Assembly: GCA_965235115.1 (NCBI GenBank)
Contig: OZ249446.1
Location: 930,001 to 994,000 of the forward strand
From: Laetmonice hystrix
Lineage: Eukaryota
DNA length: 64,000 bases
Direction of reading: 5' to 3'
Position numbers and translations under genes: made by a program. The notes under the pieces were generated by a model that was not told the DNA's origin, ran no database searches, and saw only the letters and a list, made by a program, of their open reading frames with translations. Positions 12,676 to 26,435 of the stretch are shown one piece after another. Each line of letters opens with the position of its first letter. Positions within the stretch are counted from its first letter, which is position 1.

Positions 12676-13045
12676 ATATACAACACTGGTGGGCGTTCAC
12701 TATAATCTTGGGGCCGTTTAATAAAATATAACACTGCTAAACGTTCACTATAATCTTGGGGCCGTTCAATAAAATATAACACTGCTAAACGTTCACTATA
12801 ATCTTGGAGCCGTTCAATAAAATATAACACTGCTAAACGTTCACTATAATCTTGGAGCCGTTCAATAAAATATAACACTGCTAAACGTTCACTATAATCT
12901 TGGAGCCGTTCAATAAAATATAACACTGCTAAACGTTCACCCATAATCTTGGGGCCGTTCAATAAAATATAACACTGCTAAACGTTCACTATAATCTTGG
13001 GGCCGTTCAATAAAATATAACACTGCTAAACGGTCACTATAACCT
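12676..13045. repeat. Minisatellite, 48-bp unit AAATATAACACTGCTAAACGTTCACTATAATCTTGGAGCCGTTCAATA
   Basis: About 7.5 copies. Confidence 0.95.
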
Positions 13046-13651
13046 GGAGACCTGTACACGGAAGACCAGTTCGGTAAATATAGCATTATTCGAGCCAACT
13101 TTTCTTATATTTCTCTTTAAGGCAACTTTAAAGTCGCTCCCCATGCGTTAAACAGAAAACCCGAGTCTTGATTCTTCGTTACCACTACAGATCAGGTGAA
13201 TTATCGTTTAGGTGGAGACAAAGTTTTCAACATCATATCGATTTCAAATATTGTTTGGTAACTTTCCCCTTGAAATGGATCAAATATACTATGGGGGGCA
13301 TATTTTATTAACATGTTATTGTTGATGCGCACTTCAAAATTATTCTTTGTCCCAGTTTGGTTCAACATAATGATGAGTTTAGAATCACGGAACCAATGTA
13401 GTATGGCAGTTCATCATGGCATGGCTTTCCCGCTGAGCGCAATGGTAAATGTTCTAATCATCAATAAACCATGGAGCCGAGTTTTCCACCGGGTCTGGGC
13501 AGCCAGACACACAACGCTGGTTAAAAACGACAAATAACGCCTGGGATCTGGCCAGGGTATCATTTACATATTACACTGATTACCAGTCAATAGTCCAGGG
13601 TCCCAGTCGATCCCTGAGTGTTCGGAGACACAATAACAATAACCTGCCCCT

Positions 13652-15536
13652 TTATGTATCCTTCAGTTGGGGTGATACGGACCACCCTAGATAGATCCTG
13701 TCCGTTATGTATCCTTCAGTTGGGGATATACGGGCCACCCTAGCTATATCCTGTCCGTTATGTATCCTTCAGTTGGGGATATACGGACCACCCTAGCTAG
13801 ATCCTGTCCCGTTATGTATCCTTCAGTTGGGGTGATACGGACCACCCTAGATAGATCCTGTCCCGTTATGTATCCTTCAGTTGGGGTGATACGGACCACC
13901 CTAGCTAGATCCTGTCCGTTATGTATCCTTCAGTTGGGGTGATACGGACCACCCTAGCTAGATCCTGTCCCGTTATGTATCCTTCAGTTGGGGTGATACG
14001 GACCACCCTAGACAGATCCTGTCCCGTTATGTATCCTTCAGTTGGGGTGATACGGGCCACCCTAACTAGATCCTGTCCCGTTATGTATCCTTCAGTTGGG
14101 GTGATACGGGCCACCCTAACTAGATCCTGTCCGTTATGTATCCTTCAGTTGGGGTGATACGGACCACCCTAGATAGATCCTGTCCGTTATGTATCCTTCA
14201 GTTGGGGGTGATACGGACCACCCTAGCTAGATCCTGTCCGTTATGTATCCTTCAGTTGGGGTGATACGGACCACCCTAGCTAGATCCTGTCCGTTATGTA
14301 TCCTTCAGTTTGGGATGATACGGACCACCCTAACTAGATCCTGTCCCGTTATGTATCCTTCAGTTGGGGGTGATACGGACCACCCTAGATAGATCCTGTC
14401 CCGTTATGTATCCTTCAGTTGGGGTGATACGGGCCACCCTAGCTAGATCCTGTTCCGTTATGTATCCTTCAGTTGGGGGTGATACGGAGATCCTGTCCGT
14501 TATGTATCCTTCAGTTGGGGTGATACGGGCCACCCTAGATAGATCCTCTCCCGTTATGTATCCTTCAGTTGGGGTGATACGGGCCACCCTACCTAGATCC
14601 TGTCCGTTATGTATCCTTCAGTTGGGGTGATACGGGCCACCCTAGCCAGATCCTGTCCGTTATGTATCCTTCAGTTGGGGTGATACGGACCACCCTAGAT
14701 AGATCCTGTCCGTTATGTATCCTTCAGTTGGGGTGATACGGGCCACCCTAGATAGATCCTGTCCCGTTATGTATCCTTCAGTTGGGGTGATACGGACCAC
14801 CCTAGATAGATCCTGTCCCGTTATGTATCCTTCAGTTGGGGTGATACGGACCACCCTAGATAGATCCTGTCCCGTTATGTATCCTTCAGTTGGGGTGATA
14901 CGGACCACCCTAGATAGATCCTGTCCCGTTATGTATCCTTCAGTTGGGGGTGATACGGACCACCCTAGCTAGATCCTGTCCGTTATGTATCCTTCAGTTG
15001 GGGTGATACGGACCACCCTAGATAGATCCTGTCCCGTTATGTATCCTTCAGTTGGGGTGATACGGACCACCCTAGATAGATCCTGTCCCGTTATGTATCC
15101 TTCAGTTGGGGTGATACGGACCACCCTAGCTAGATCCTGTCCGTTATGTATCCTTCAGTTGGGGTGATACGGACCACCCTAGCTAGATCCTGTCCGTTAT
15201 GTATCCTTCAGTTGGGGGTGATACGGACCACCCTAACTAGATCCTGTCCGTTATGTATCCTTCAGTTGGGGTGATACGGACCACCCTAGCTAGATCCTGT
15301 CCCGTTATGTATCCTTCAGTTGAGGTGATACGGACCACCCTAACTAGATCCTGTCCGTTATGTATCCTTCAGTTGGGGATGATACGGACCACCCTAGATA
15401 GATCCTGTCCCGTTATGTATCCTTCAGTTGGGGTGATACGGACCACCCTAGCTAGATCCTGTCCCGTTATGTATACTTCAGTTGGGGTGATACGGACCAC
15501 CCTACCTAGATCCTGTCCCGTTATGTATCCTTCAGG
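13652..15536. repeat. Satellite array, 53/54-bp unit TTATGTATCCTTCAGTTGGGGTGATACGGACCACCCTAGATAGATCCTGTC(C)CG
   Basis: About 35 copies with 1-bp length variants. Confidence 0.97.
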
Positions 15537-16006
15537 TCGGGTTCCGGACGGTGTGTGTCTCTGACACATGGGCCGGGCCCCGGACGGTGTGTGTCTCTGA
15601 CACATGGGTCGGGCTCTGGACGGTGTGTGTCTCACACATGGGCCGGGCCCCGGACGGTGTGTGTCTATGACACATGGGTCGGGTTCTGGACGGTGTGTGT
15701 CTCTCACACATGGGCCGGGCCCCGGACGGTGTGTGTCTCTCACACATGGGCCGGGCTCTGGACGGTGTGTGTCTATGACACATGGGCCGGGTTCTGGGCG
15801 GTGTGTGTCTCTGACACATGGGTCGGGCCCCGGACGGTGTGTGTCTCTGACACATGGGCCGGGCTCTGGACGGTGTGTGTCTCTGACACATGGGCCGGGC
15901 CCCGGACGGTGTGTGTCTCTGACACATGGGTCGGGCCCTGGACGGTGTGTGTCTCTGACACATGGGCCGGGCCCCGGACGGTGTGTGTCTCTCACACATG
16001 GGCCGA
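15537..16006. repeat. Minisatellite, 36-bp unit GGACGGTGTGTGTCTCTGACACATGGGCCGGGCCCC
   Basis: About 13 copies, abutting the 54-bp array with no spacer. Confidence 0.96.
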
Positions 16007-16321
16007 GATGGTATCACAACTGTACGACCAGCCCCAAGGCCTCACCCCCATCGACCCCTACTGACTTTGTTTGGCAGTCTGAGAATGACAACTCGGCCTG
16101 GAGAATGGGGTCCGGCGCTATTTACCTCACTGACTTTCGTATACATTCTGCCCAGTTGCCATGCACTGACAATCGATTGCTGATAAATTAAATGAGGATT
16201 ACATGGAAAGCCAATTCGAGTCGCCAATATGGCCGAGTTCGGTTCATGTTTCTGTCCAGTAGGTCCTCACCCCGGCCCGGTCAACACAATAAACGTGGTG
16301 AATGAATGTTTGGGTCGGGGT

Positions 16322-16500
16322 GCATGTTGGCCAGAACGTGGTGCGCTCTGGGCCAGGCATTATTTTGGCCTGAACATGGAGTGCTCAGTTTGGCCCAGCG
16401 AGCATGTTGGCCAGAACGTGTTGCGCTCTGGGCCAGGCATTATTTTGGCCCGAACGTGTTTGGGCCAGCGAGCATGTTGGCCTGAATGTGGGGTGCTTTG
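16322..16500. repeat. Degenerate 70-80-bp local repeat (GCATGTTGGCCAGAACGTG)
   Basis: The motif recurs at 16322, 16402 and 16472. Confidence 0.75.
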
Positions 16501-16554
16501 TTTGGACCAGGGATTATGCCGTGCTGATCCGAGTAAAAAGCTCCAGCCCAAGGG

Positions 16555-17490
16555 CAGTCAATACCTGTAGGGAACCCTCACTGTAGTGTTTGCTAGAGTA
16601 GGCCAGGCACTACATGTTGAGAAAACTCACTGTAGTGTTTGCTCAAGTTTAAGGTCACTTAATACATGAGGTAGCCCTCACCATAGTGTTTGCTTCAGTA
16701 TAAGCTCAGTTAATACATGTAGAGAGCCCTCACTGTAGTGCTTGCTCGAGTATAAGGCCGGTCAATATATCTAGAGAGCCCTCAATGTAGTGTTTGCTCG
16801 AGTATAAGGCCATTCAGTACATGTTGGGAGCCCTCGCTGTAGGGTTTGCTCGAGAAAAAGACCATTCAGTCCATGTGGGCAGCCCTCACTGTAGTGTTTG
16901 CTCGAGTCTTAGGCCAGTCGATACATGTAGGGGCCCTCACTGTAGTGTTTGCTCCAGTCTAAGGCCAGCCAATACATGTACAGATCCCTCACTGTAGTGT
17001 TTCCTCGAGCATAAGGCCATTCAGTACATGTTTGGAGCCCTCACTGTAGTGTTTGCTAGAGGATAAGGTCAGACAGTACATGTAGAGAACCCTCAATGTA
17101 GTGTTTGCTTCAGTCTAAGCTCAGTCAATACATGTACAGATCCCTCACTGTAGTGTTTCCTCGAGCATAAGGCCATTCAGTACATGTTTGGAGCCCTCAC
17201 TGTAGTGTTTGCTAGAGGATAAGGTCAGACAGTACATGTAGAGAACCCTCAATGTAGTGTTTGCTTCAGTCTAAGCTCAGTCAATACATGTAGAGAGCCC
17301 TCACTGTAGTCTTTGCTCGGCTATAAGGCCAGACAGAACATGTGGTGAGCCCTCACTGTAGTGTTTGCTCGAGTATAAGGCCAGTCAATACATGTAGGTA
17401 GCCCTCACTGTACTGTTTACTGGCCAGTCAGTACATGTGGTGAGCCCTCACTGTAGTGCTTGCTCCAGTCTAAGGCTAGCCAATACATGT
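16555..17490. repeat. Diverged satellite, 52-bp unit CCCTCACTGTAGTGTTTGCTCGAGTATAAGGCCAGTCAATACATGTAGAGAG
   Basis: About 17 diverged copies. A 156-bp (3x52) block is duplicated (CAGATCCCTC at 16981 and 17137). Confidence 0.9.
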
Positions 17491-17627
17491 ATTGCTCTAC
17501 TCATATCTGACATAGCAATTCGTGGCCTTGCCTTTTTTTTTGGTGGGTAAAATGTGGAACTCGTAAAAATTAAAAGCACGCCAAAACGAAGTAGAGGCGT
17601 TAATGTAGGCTGGAGCCGTGCCGAACG

Positions 17628-19040
17628 TCTGTAGTGGTTCCCGTTGTCAAGGTGATCAGTCTCAACGAACCGTTCCCGGTTTCAAGGTGATCAGTCGTTC
17701 CCGGTGTCAAGGTGATCAGTCTCAATGAACCGTTCCCGTCGTCAAGGTGATCAGTCTCAATGAACCGTTCCCGTCGTCAAGGTGATCAGTCGCAATGAAC
17801 CGTTCCCGTTGTCAAGGTGATCAGTCTCAATGAACTGTTCCCGTCGTCAAGGTGATCAGTCTCAATGAACCGTTCCCGTCGTCAAGGTGACCAGTCTCAA
17901 TGAACTGTTCCCGTCGTCAAGGTGATCAGTCTCAATGAACCGTTCCCGTCGTCAAGGTGATCAGTCTCAAGGAACTGTTCCCGTCGTCAAGGTGATCAGT
18001 CTCAATGAACCGTTCCCGTCGTCAGGTGATCAGTCTCAATGAACCGTTCCCGTCGTCAAGGTGATCAGTCTCAATGAACTGTTCCCGTCGTCAAGGTGAT
18101 CAGTCGCAATGAACCGTTCCCGTCGTCAAGGTGATCGGTCTCAACGAACCGTTCCCGTCGTCAAGGTGATCAGTCTCAATGAACCGTTCCCGTTGTCAAG
18201 GCGATCAGTCTCAATGAACCCTTCCCGTCGTCAGGTGATCAGTCTCAATGAACTGTTCCCGTCGTTAAGGTGATCAGTCTCAATGAACTGTTCCCGTCGT
18301 CAAGGTGATCAGTCGCAATAAACCGTTCCCGTCGTCAAGGTGATCGGTCTCAATGAACCGTTCCCGTCGTCAAGGTGATCAGTCTCAATGAACCCTTCCC
18401 GTTGTCAAGGTGATCAGTCTCAATGAACCCTTCCCGTCGTCAGGTGATCAGTCTCAATGAACTGTTCCCGTCGTCAAGGTGATCAGTCTCAATGAACCGT
18501 TCCCGTCGCCAAGGTGATCAGTCTCAATGAACCGTTCCCGTCGTCAAGGTGATCAGTCTCAATGAACCGTTCCCGTCGTCAAGGTGATCAGTCTCAATGA
18601 ACCGTTCCCGTCGTCAAGGTGATCAGTCGCAATGAACCCCTCCCGTTGTCAAGGTGACCAGTCTCAATGAACTGTTCCCGTCGTCAAGGTGATCAGTCTC
18701 AATGAACCGTTCTCGTTGTCAAAGTGACCAGTCTCAATGAACTGTTCCCGTCGTCAAGGTGACCAGTCTCAATGAACTGTTTCCGTCGTCAAGGTGATCA
18801 GTCGCAATGAACCGTTCTCGTTGTCAAAGTGATCAGTCTCAATGAACCGTTCCCGTCGTCAAGGTGATCAGTCTCAATGAACCGTTCCCGTCGTCAAGGT
18901 GACCAGTCTCAATGAACTGTTTCCGGTTTCAAGGCGATCAGTCGTTCCCGTTGTCAAGGTGACCAGTCTCAATGAACCGTTCCCGTCGTCAAGGTGATCA
19001 GTCGCAATGAACCCTTCCCGTTGTCAAGGTGACCAGTCTA
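17628..19040. repeat. Minisatellite, 35-bp unit TTCCCGTCGTCAAGGTGATCAGTCTCAATGAACCG
   Basis: About 40 copies. Confidence 0.97.
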
Positions 19041-19714
19041 ATGCACGCTTCTCGCTGTTCATCCGCTGACGTCACGTCCTGAACACGTCTCGCCTACACA
19101 TCCGTGACGTCCCTGTTTGTCTGAACCGTCCTTAACCATGATTGATGAGCGCCATCTAGCGTCACGACGTAAAAAGAGTTCTTCCAGGTAACGGTGCGTG
19201 CTAATTCAATGGTGGTTAGCCATGAATAGACTGAATGGAGCGGTCGATACTCGGCCACCGTTACTGTTTGACCAACTTCTTTCAATCCTGATCGATGTAA
19301 AGTCTAATCCCTTAATCCTTCCGCGGCGTCCATAGGACGCCACCCCACAGCATATAAAGTCCATGCTGGGAGTCACTTAACCTGACCACAATCTCTGCCC
19401 TACCGTTTATCCTGTCCGATTCCACTTCACAAACTATTGGTCTCTCGCGTAACGTATATAACTCTACCTAGTTTGAGGCATTTTAAATATCGAGTTATTT
19501 TTCCGAAACCCTAGCATTGCGTTGTAGAAGCCTCACAAACACTTCTTTAAGAAATTGAAAGCATGACCCTCTCTATTTTTTTTGGCTTCAGAACGACAAA
19601 ACGAATTCCCAGTCGCCAGATTGTTACAACTCACAAGTTGACATATAAAAACATCCCGACTGTTTCTCTTCTGATTTTGTGCCAACAGTCGCCCACACAG
19701 GTCAGTGTTCCTCA

Positions 19715-19875
19715 CGGCCAGTCACGTGACCAGTCCGACATCTGCCGCGACCAATCACAAACACGCTACAAACCGGAAACCGCAAAAGTCAATGCGCGCC
19801 GGAAGTGGCGTAGAAAGGAAGTACCTCGGAGCGTTATGGGTAGTGTAAAAGTGCCGCAGGACGCATGCGCGGAGT
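19715..19875. promoter_or_regulatory. Housekeeping-type promoter motif cluster (associated gene not identified)
   Basis: GTCACGTGAC at 19721-19730, CCAAT at 19751-19755, ETS CCGGAAGT at 19799-19806 and NRF1-like CGCATGCGC at 19862-19870, all in a CpG-rich patch. Confidence 0.55.
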
Positions 19876-20542
19876 ACCTTGAATAGATGGCCAGTTAATG
19901 TGAGGGTAAAGGTAAAGTGCAAGCTGCCTCACATCCACAACCTGCAATCGTTCTGTGGTCTGTCGAATTGGGGTACAACATCTACCCTGCAGCTACACTT
20001 GACCCCCATAACGGAAATCAGCAGCAAGTCTCCGCTGGGGTCGAGATTCACTCACCGTACTTCACCGCCAAACTGAGCGATATTACGTTTCTAAACATGT
20101 TTATATCTCGGTTCTATTACAGATGATTCTCACCGACTTTGTCATCATACCTGGAGTTGTTTCTTGTATACATGTATTAACATCATAATAAGTCGTCTCC
20201 TAACCTCGATGGCGGCTTTCTATAATGTACCAGACTGTCTGACAACAACAATGATATATTTCTCGAGGGTCGATAGGGCCCGTGGTGTTACATACCGGTA
20301 TTATTTAACACATCGAGTGAAAATCGAGTGAAATCAATGGAATACAACACGACGCAACTGTTGTCTGGTCGTAGGTTGAATGACGAGTCATACACTGTCT
20401 ACAGACGAACTGCTACCGGCAATGTTCATACTCGATCAATCATTAAACACTTACAAAAAACGTCACCCAATCATTAAACACTTACAAAAAACGGCAGCTA
20501 TTAGTCTACAATGTCCTTGTGGAACATGGGCCTCGTCTCGCG

Positions 20543-20830
20543 TCTGGGTCTGAGCCTGCGCCTGGTGGGTCTGAGCCTGCGCCTGGTGGGTCTGAGCCTG
20601 CGCCTGGTGGGTCTGAGCCTGCGCCTGGTGGGTCTGAGCCTGCGCCTGGTGGGTCTGAGCCTGCGCCTGGCGGGTCTGAGCCTGCGCCTGGTGGGTCCGA
20701 GCCTGCGCCTGGTGGGTCTGAGCCTGCGCCTGCGCCTGGTGGGTCTGAGCCTGCGCCTGCGCCTGGTGGGTCTGAGCCTGCGCCTGGTGGGTCTGAGCCT
20801 GCGCCTGGTGGGTCTGAGCCTGCGCCTGGC
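20543..20830. repeat. GC-rich minisatellite, 21-bp unit GAGCCTGCGCCTGGTGGGTCT
   Basis: About 13 copies, two with an extra GCGCCT. It explains the QAQTH and PPGAGSD ORFs. Confidence 0.95.
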
Positions 20831-21084
20831 GGCACGACGGTTGAGACAATATATTTGTATTCATTCATGTTTACCTGACAGGCCGTGTATCATCGACGGC
20901 GGGGGGTGGGGGTGGGGGTGAGGGGGGGTGAGGGGGGGTGAGGGGGGGAGGACATGGAGGAGGGGGGTATCTAGAGGTTTTATGTAAGATCAATGACAAG
21001 CTAGAGACGTCAAGGACGCAGCGGGCGGTGTGATGTTACTATAGACATATTGTGTGTGCTGCTCAGGTGTGAGGAGGGAGATTG

Positions 21085-21445
21085 GGGAAGAGGGGGACAG
21101 AAGGGGGAGAGCAGAGAGGGGAGTGGGAGGGGAGAGCTGAAGGGAAGGGATGGTGGGGGGAGAGGGGGACAGAAGGGGGAGAGCAGAGAGGGGAGTGGGA
21201 GGGGAGAGCTGAAGGGAAGGGATGGTGGGGGGAGAGGGGGACAGAAGGGGGAGAGCAGAGAGGGGAGTGGGAGGGGAGAGCTGAAGGGAAGGGATGGGGG
21301 AGGGAGAGGGGGACAGAAGGGGGAGAGCAGAGAGGGGAGTGGGAGGGGAGAGCTGAAGGGAAGGGATGGTGGAGGGAGAGGGGGGAGGGAAAGGGAGGGG
21401 GAGAGAGAAGGGAAAGATGGGGTGGGGGAGAGGGGAAGGGTTGTG
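21085..21445. repeat. Polypurine 72-bp tandem repeat
   Basis: AGAGGGGGACAG recurs at 21089, 21161 and onward. About 4.5 copies, almost purely G/A on the plus strand. Confidence 0.92.
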
Positions 21446-22314
21446 TTAATCTCCGCCCAAGGTCAGATCTGAGCGTGTATGACAATGTTCGAGTTCAAGG
21501 GTGGGAACCCCCGCCCCCCGCCACCCGCCACCAAAAACACCCTTCCCCACGTCACGAACTGTATTCTTTTAGCACATTATAGTCTGATCTGTAGAGGACC
21601 GTTGCTTACCGTAACACCAGTGAGTAACCAAATTATAATAATATCCTAACTACATGTACGGATGCCATCAGTAAATCTATCAAAGTATATCATGCAAATA
21701 GAAATAACGAAGATCGTGTTCAGAACCGGAAAATTACATATCTGGTTACGGAAATGAAAATGGTCTGACGGAATAGAAGTGACATTTATCAGTTTAGTCA
21801 AGCGCAAAGATAGGAACGCTAGAAACGGAATCGATTGGCTCATGCTGGCCCGATTCGTGATAAAGTAATTTACTGGCATATTAGGAGATTGGAATGCAAT
21901 CTACTTACGAGAAATGAATATGATTATTCAATTACACTTTCTGAAATTTGTTCACAATTTCAACATGCAGATAGGCAATGAGAAATGTCGAGGAGACATT
22001 AGTAAAACTCGGAGCCAGGTCGAGAGAGTCATCTGTCTCGGAACAAACGGGCTCCCTTGTCATGTAAACATGTATCTCCCGTCCTCTTTACACGTCAATA
22101 TACGCCGATTGGTCTATTCATCATACCTGTTTCAATCACAGATCTTAATTAGCTATCCCATTACGAAAGGTTGTATCAAATATATTACATTTACCACTTA
22201 AGGTCTGGAGGCAAGTGAAACTACATCAAAATATGCCATGCCGTACAATATGACCTTCAAATTGTAGGAATTGTAAAATATATCTAAATCTGTCAATAAA
22301 CGGATGTTTCACGA

Positions 22315-23207
22315 CTGGATGCAGGTTTGATTGCAATGCCTGGATGCAGGTTTGATTGCAATGCCTGGATGCAGGTTTGATTGCAATGCCTGGATGCAGG
22401 TTTGATTGCAATGCCTGGATGCAGGTTTGATTGCAATGCCTGGATGCAGGTTTGATTGCAATGCCTGGATGCAGGTTTGATTGCAATGCCTGGATGCAGG
22501 TTTGATTGCAATGCCTGGATGCAGGTTTGATTGCAATGCCTGGATGCAGGTTTGATTGCAATGCCTGGATGCAGGTTTGATTGCAATGCCTGGATGCAGG
22601 TTTGATTGCAATGCCTGGATGCAGGTTTGATTGCAATGCCTGGATGCAGGTTTGATTGCAATGCCTGGATGCAGGTTTGATTGCAATGCCTGGATTGCAA
22701 TGGCAGGTTTGATTGCAATGCCTGGATGCAGGTTTGATTGCAATGCCTGGATTGCAATGGCAGGTTTGATTTCAATGCCTGGATGCAGGTTTGATTGCAA
22801 TGCCTGGATGCAGGTTTGATTGCAATGCCTGGATGCAGGTTTGATTGCAATGCCTGGATGCAGGTTTAATTACAATGCCTGGATGCAGGTTTAATTACAA
22901 TGCCTGGATGCAGGTTTAATTGCAATGCCTGGATTTAGGTTTAATTGCAATGCCTGGATGCAGGTTTGATTTCAATGCCTGAATGCAGGTTTTATTTCAA
23001 TGCCTGGGTGCAGGTTTAATTGCAATGCCTGGATGCAGGTTTGATTGCAATGCTTGGATGCATGTTTGATTTCAATGCCTGGATGCAGCTTTGATTGCAA
23101 TGCCTGGATGCAGGTTTGATTGCAATGCCTGGATGCAGGTTTGATTGCATTGCCTGGATGCAGGTTTGATTTCAATGCCTGGATGCAGGTTTGAGTGCAA
23201 TGCCTGG
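22315..23207. repeat. Minisatellite, 25-bp unit GGATGCAGGTTTGATTGCAATGCCT
   Basis: About 35 copies, perfect at the 5' end and more variable at the 3' end. Confidence 0.97.
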
Positions 23208-23454
23208 CTGTTTCTGCCATCAGTGGACGACAGGTGCCATCCCTTTTTAGAAGGGCTCACACTTAATTGTGCATGGAACATCCAAGGGTTGATATTCGCC
23301 CACCGCCCCAGCCCACCCCTACTGCGACCAGCGGAAAGGTCGATCAGTAAGACGGGGATCTATTGATCACAGAGAAGTGACACGGAAATATTTGCACGTT
23401 GTCAAATTAAAGACATCTTCATTGCGTTAGACACTTGCCTATACATCAGTGTCG

Positions 23455-23680
23455 GAATATGTACGAACAGCTGCTTCACCACCGCAGGAAATATAAGATT
23501 CTTTGGGAGAAATCTACAGTCATCTCTCAGACAAGATATATGGTAGGAACAGCTGGTTCACCACGGCAGGAAATATAAGATTCCTTGGGAGAAATCTACA
23601 GTCATCTCTCAGACAGGATATATGTACCAACAACTGGTCCACCACGGCAGGAAATATAAGATTCATTGGTAGAAATCAAG
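23455..23680. repeat. About 81-bp repeat, 3 copies (AACAGCTGGTTCACCACGGCAGGAAATATAAGATTC)
   Basis: Copies start at about 23466, 23548 and 23629. Confidence 0.85.
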
Positions 23681-23884
23681 AGTGTGATCTCCTATATAAT
23701 GGTGTGTGTATAAATGGGGCTTTCATGACTGTAGTCATGGAGGGAGACGCCAGTTGGCGCCACCATCTCTTTCCCCGCTAGGAGACGCTGTGGTCGACTG
23801 GTAAGCCGACATGTCTGTAGCCTGGTCCCCGCGCCTACCATACGCATCCGCTTGATGTTAGGCCCGGTGATGGCTAACAGAAAG

Positions 23885-24320
23885 CTGTAAAACGGAAGTG
23901 GTGGTCTCCAAGCACTTCCGCCTCGGAGCTAATCACTTCCGCCTCCGGCGTTAACAGAGTGATCGACTTCTGCTTGGAGCGTGGCCGGGAGTGGCCAACA
24001 TGCGACTGCGTATGCAGACCGTTGCAGGTGTGGGGACTGGTGACGCTATGTTTACATCCAGAAAAGCGAGGACATTTAACACTTGTATTTTAAAGGGATT
24101 GACGAAAATATTTGTGTCTTGTTGGAGAAATACGGGGGGTACGGAACTATACCTCGTTTGCGTCCATGTTTTCGATGGGCCAATCACAACGCTTGCTTCG
24201 ATTGGCCTACGCCAGGCTCTATATACGAAGTTAATATAGAGCTGGGGACCCGGCTAACATGTCTGACCCATTCACACAGGCTAGGACACATTCGGAAAAC
24301 CTCGGCCCAACTTCCGGTCG
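23885..24320. promoter_or_regulatory. ETS/CCAAT-rich promoter-like region
   Basis: CGGAAGTG at 23893, CACTTCCG at 23913 and 23934, CCAAT at 24180 with an inverted ATTGG nearby, and ACTTCCGG at 24310. Confidence 0.4.
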
Positions 24321-25664
24321 CTTCGCTAGTGGTGGACTCGGACGTCGCAAGCCGTAGAGATATGACAGTGATTCCACGGGTTTGGGTACATCACAACTCG
24401 CGTAGTGCGCAACGGCGCAAAGTAGTTCATAGAATGTCGGTGTTCGGCCTAAAGCGGGATTGTTCATCAGGAAAGATGGATAATTTCTGAAGATTTGCAG
24501 TCTGGATCGTTCTTAGCAGCCGCGACACATTCAGTTTTGCAGTATTTATGAAATCATACGACTTTACTAGCTAGTATCAACATAAGAAATGACGTCATAC
24601 GCCCAAAGGAATCCCGAGGGAATCCCAAGTGAGACAGCTCGTCCGTGGGACAAACGTTGACCTCCGTCTGACGATAAACAATGCCAATAGGAATGTCAAC
24701 ATCTAAGAAAGTATCTATAGAGACCTAAATATATTTTCTCTGACGTCTAATCCACTTGTCAGAGGTATCAAGCGGAGATCTGTTTTTAAACAAGCCAGAA
24801 AGTGCTTGTCTTTCACCTTTGTCGGTGTGTCTGCCGTCGCCGTTTTGACCACGTTGTGTCACGTGATCCAACATGGTGACGACTGTGCGAGGGCCGAGAG
24901 GATCTGGCCCGGACAGTCCCGAGGTGTGCCGAATGGCTAGGACACACAGGGGTGACGAAAAGCTAGGGCGCCGTCTGGTGGCTACTGACAGAAATAGCAA
25001 GTCGTGGCTTGATACCGCATTTTGCCCCCAGGGGTCAGCACGGTGAGGCCAACTTCTCGACAGCCTGGTTCATGTAAAGAAGAAGAAGAAGAATTTTTTT
25101 AGTAGAAGGACGAGTTATTTTCCTGCGGTAAAGCGGACCAGGGTAGGCGCGTGTACGAGTGGATGGGTGATGAAGGCATCTATCACTGCCACTTCCGGTA
25201 GAACCATTTCAACAGCTCGCGCACCTCCCGGGGTTTTGAACCACAACATACGAGACCGGTGATAGGACATGCGTATGGCACGAGGCGATACATATAACGA
25301 GTGTATGATATACAAACATTGACAGCTGGTGTCTCTTCAACTGGACTCCCTTGTCTGATAAATACCTAAACATCACTTTATTAAATAAATCTAAGCGATA
25401 AATTCTCACGGAGACCTTGAGATGACACTAAGCAAACAAAGGCCCACTAGGTGTCGAAGGGCGGGAAGGGGGAGGGATACCTGGCATGTCGGCATATTTA
25501 CACAAAGCTATAGAGTCCAAAGACAAGCATCAGAACGTGGCAAGGAGACCGGCTGTTCGGCTCTTTAAGTCTGGCGTTTATTCGTCAACAACTACTCTAT
25601 GAAAAAGAAATTCTGAGATGACGAAAGTTGACTTCTGCACGTAGATAAGTACGAGATATATGTT

Positions 25665-26435
25665 AACAAATTATCATGTCATTCTACATCACATACCGAA
25701 TCTTTGCTCAAGTAAACTGAATTATCCTGTCATTCTACAGCACATACCAAATCTTTGCTCAAGCAAACTGAATTATCCTGTCATTCTACAGCACATACCA
25801 AATCTTTGCCCAAGTAAACTGAATTATCCTGTCATTCTACAGCACATACCAAATCTTTGCTCAAGCAAACTGAATTATCCTGTCATTCTACAGCACATAC
25901 CAAATCTTTGCCCAAGTAAACTGAATTATCCTGTCATTCTACAGCACATACCAAATCTTTGCTCAAGTAAACTGAATTATCCTGTCATTCTACAGCACAT
26001 ACCAAATCTTTGCTCAAGCAAACTGAATTATCCTGTCATTCTACAGCACATACCAAATTTTTGCCCAAGTAAACTGAATTATCCTGTCATTCTACAGCAC
26101 ATACCAAATCTTTGCTCAAGCAAACTGAATTATCCTGTCATTCTACAGCACATACCAAATCTTTGCCCAAGTAAACTGAATTATCCTGTCATTCTACAGC
26201 ACATACCAAATCTTTGCTCAAGTAAACTGAATTATCCTGTCATTCTACAGCACATACCAAATCTTTGCTCAAGTAAACTGAATTATCATGTCATTCTACA
26301 GCACATACCAAATCTTTGCTCAAGTAAACTGAATTATCATGTCATTCTAAAGCACATACCAAATCTTTGCTCAAGTAAACTGAATTATCCTGTCATTCTA
26401 CAGCACATACCAAATCTTTGCTCAAGTAAACTGTC
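25665..26435. repeat. Minisatellite, 51-bp unit AAGTAAACTGAATTATCCTGTCATTCTACAGCACATACCAAATCTTTGCTC
   Basis: About 15 copies. The stop-free frame gives the 291-aa repeat ORF. Confidence 0.97.

Noticed and set aside
16005-16191. Unique tail of the ORF after the 36-bp array (WYHNCTTSPK) as an exon
   Set aside because: There is no acceptor outside the repeat and no recognisable homology.
21660-21980. Protein-like plus frame (DAISKSIKVYHANRNNEDRVQNRK) as a pseudogene
   Set aside because: It has several stops and no identifiable family, so it cannot be supported without a database search.
25105-25200. Plus-frame peptide with DEGIYHC resembling the Ig-domain DxGxYxC motif
   Set aside because: Only about 31 codons lie between stops, with no other Ig strand motifs and no convincing flanking splice sites.
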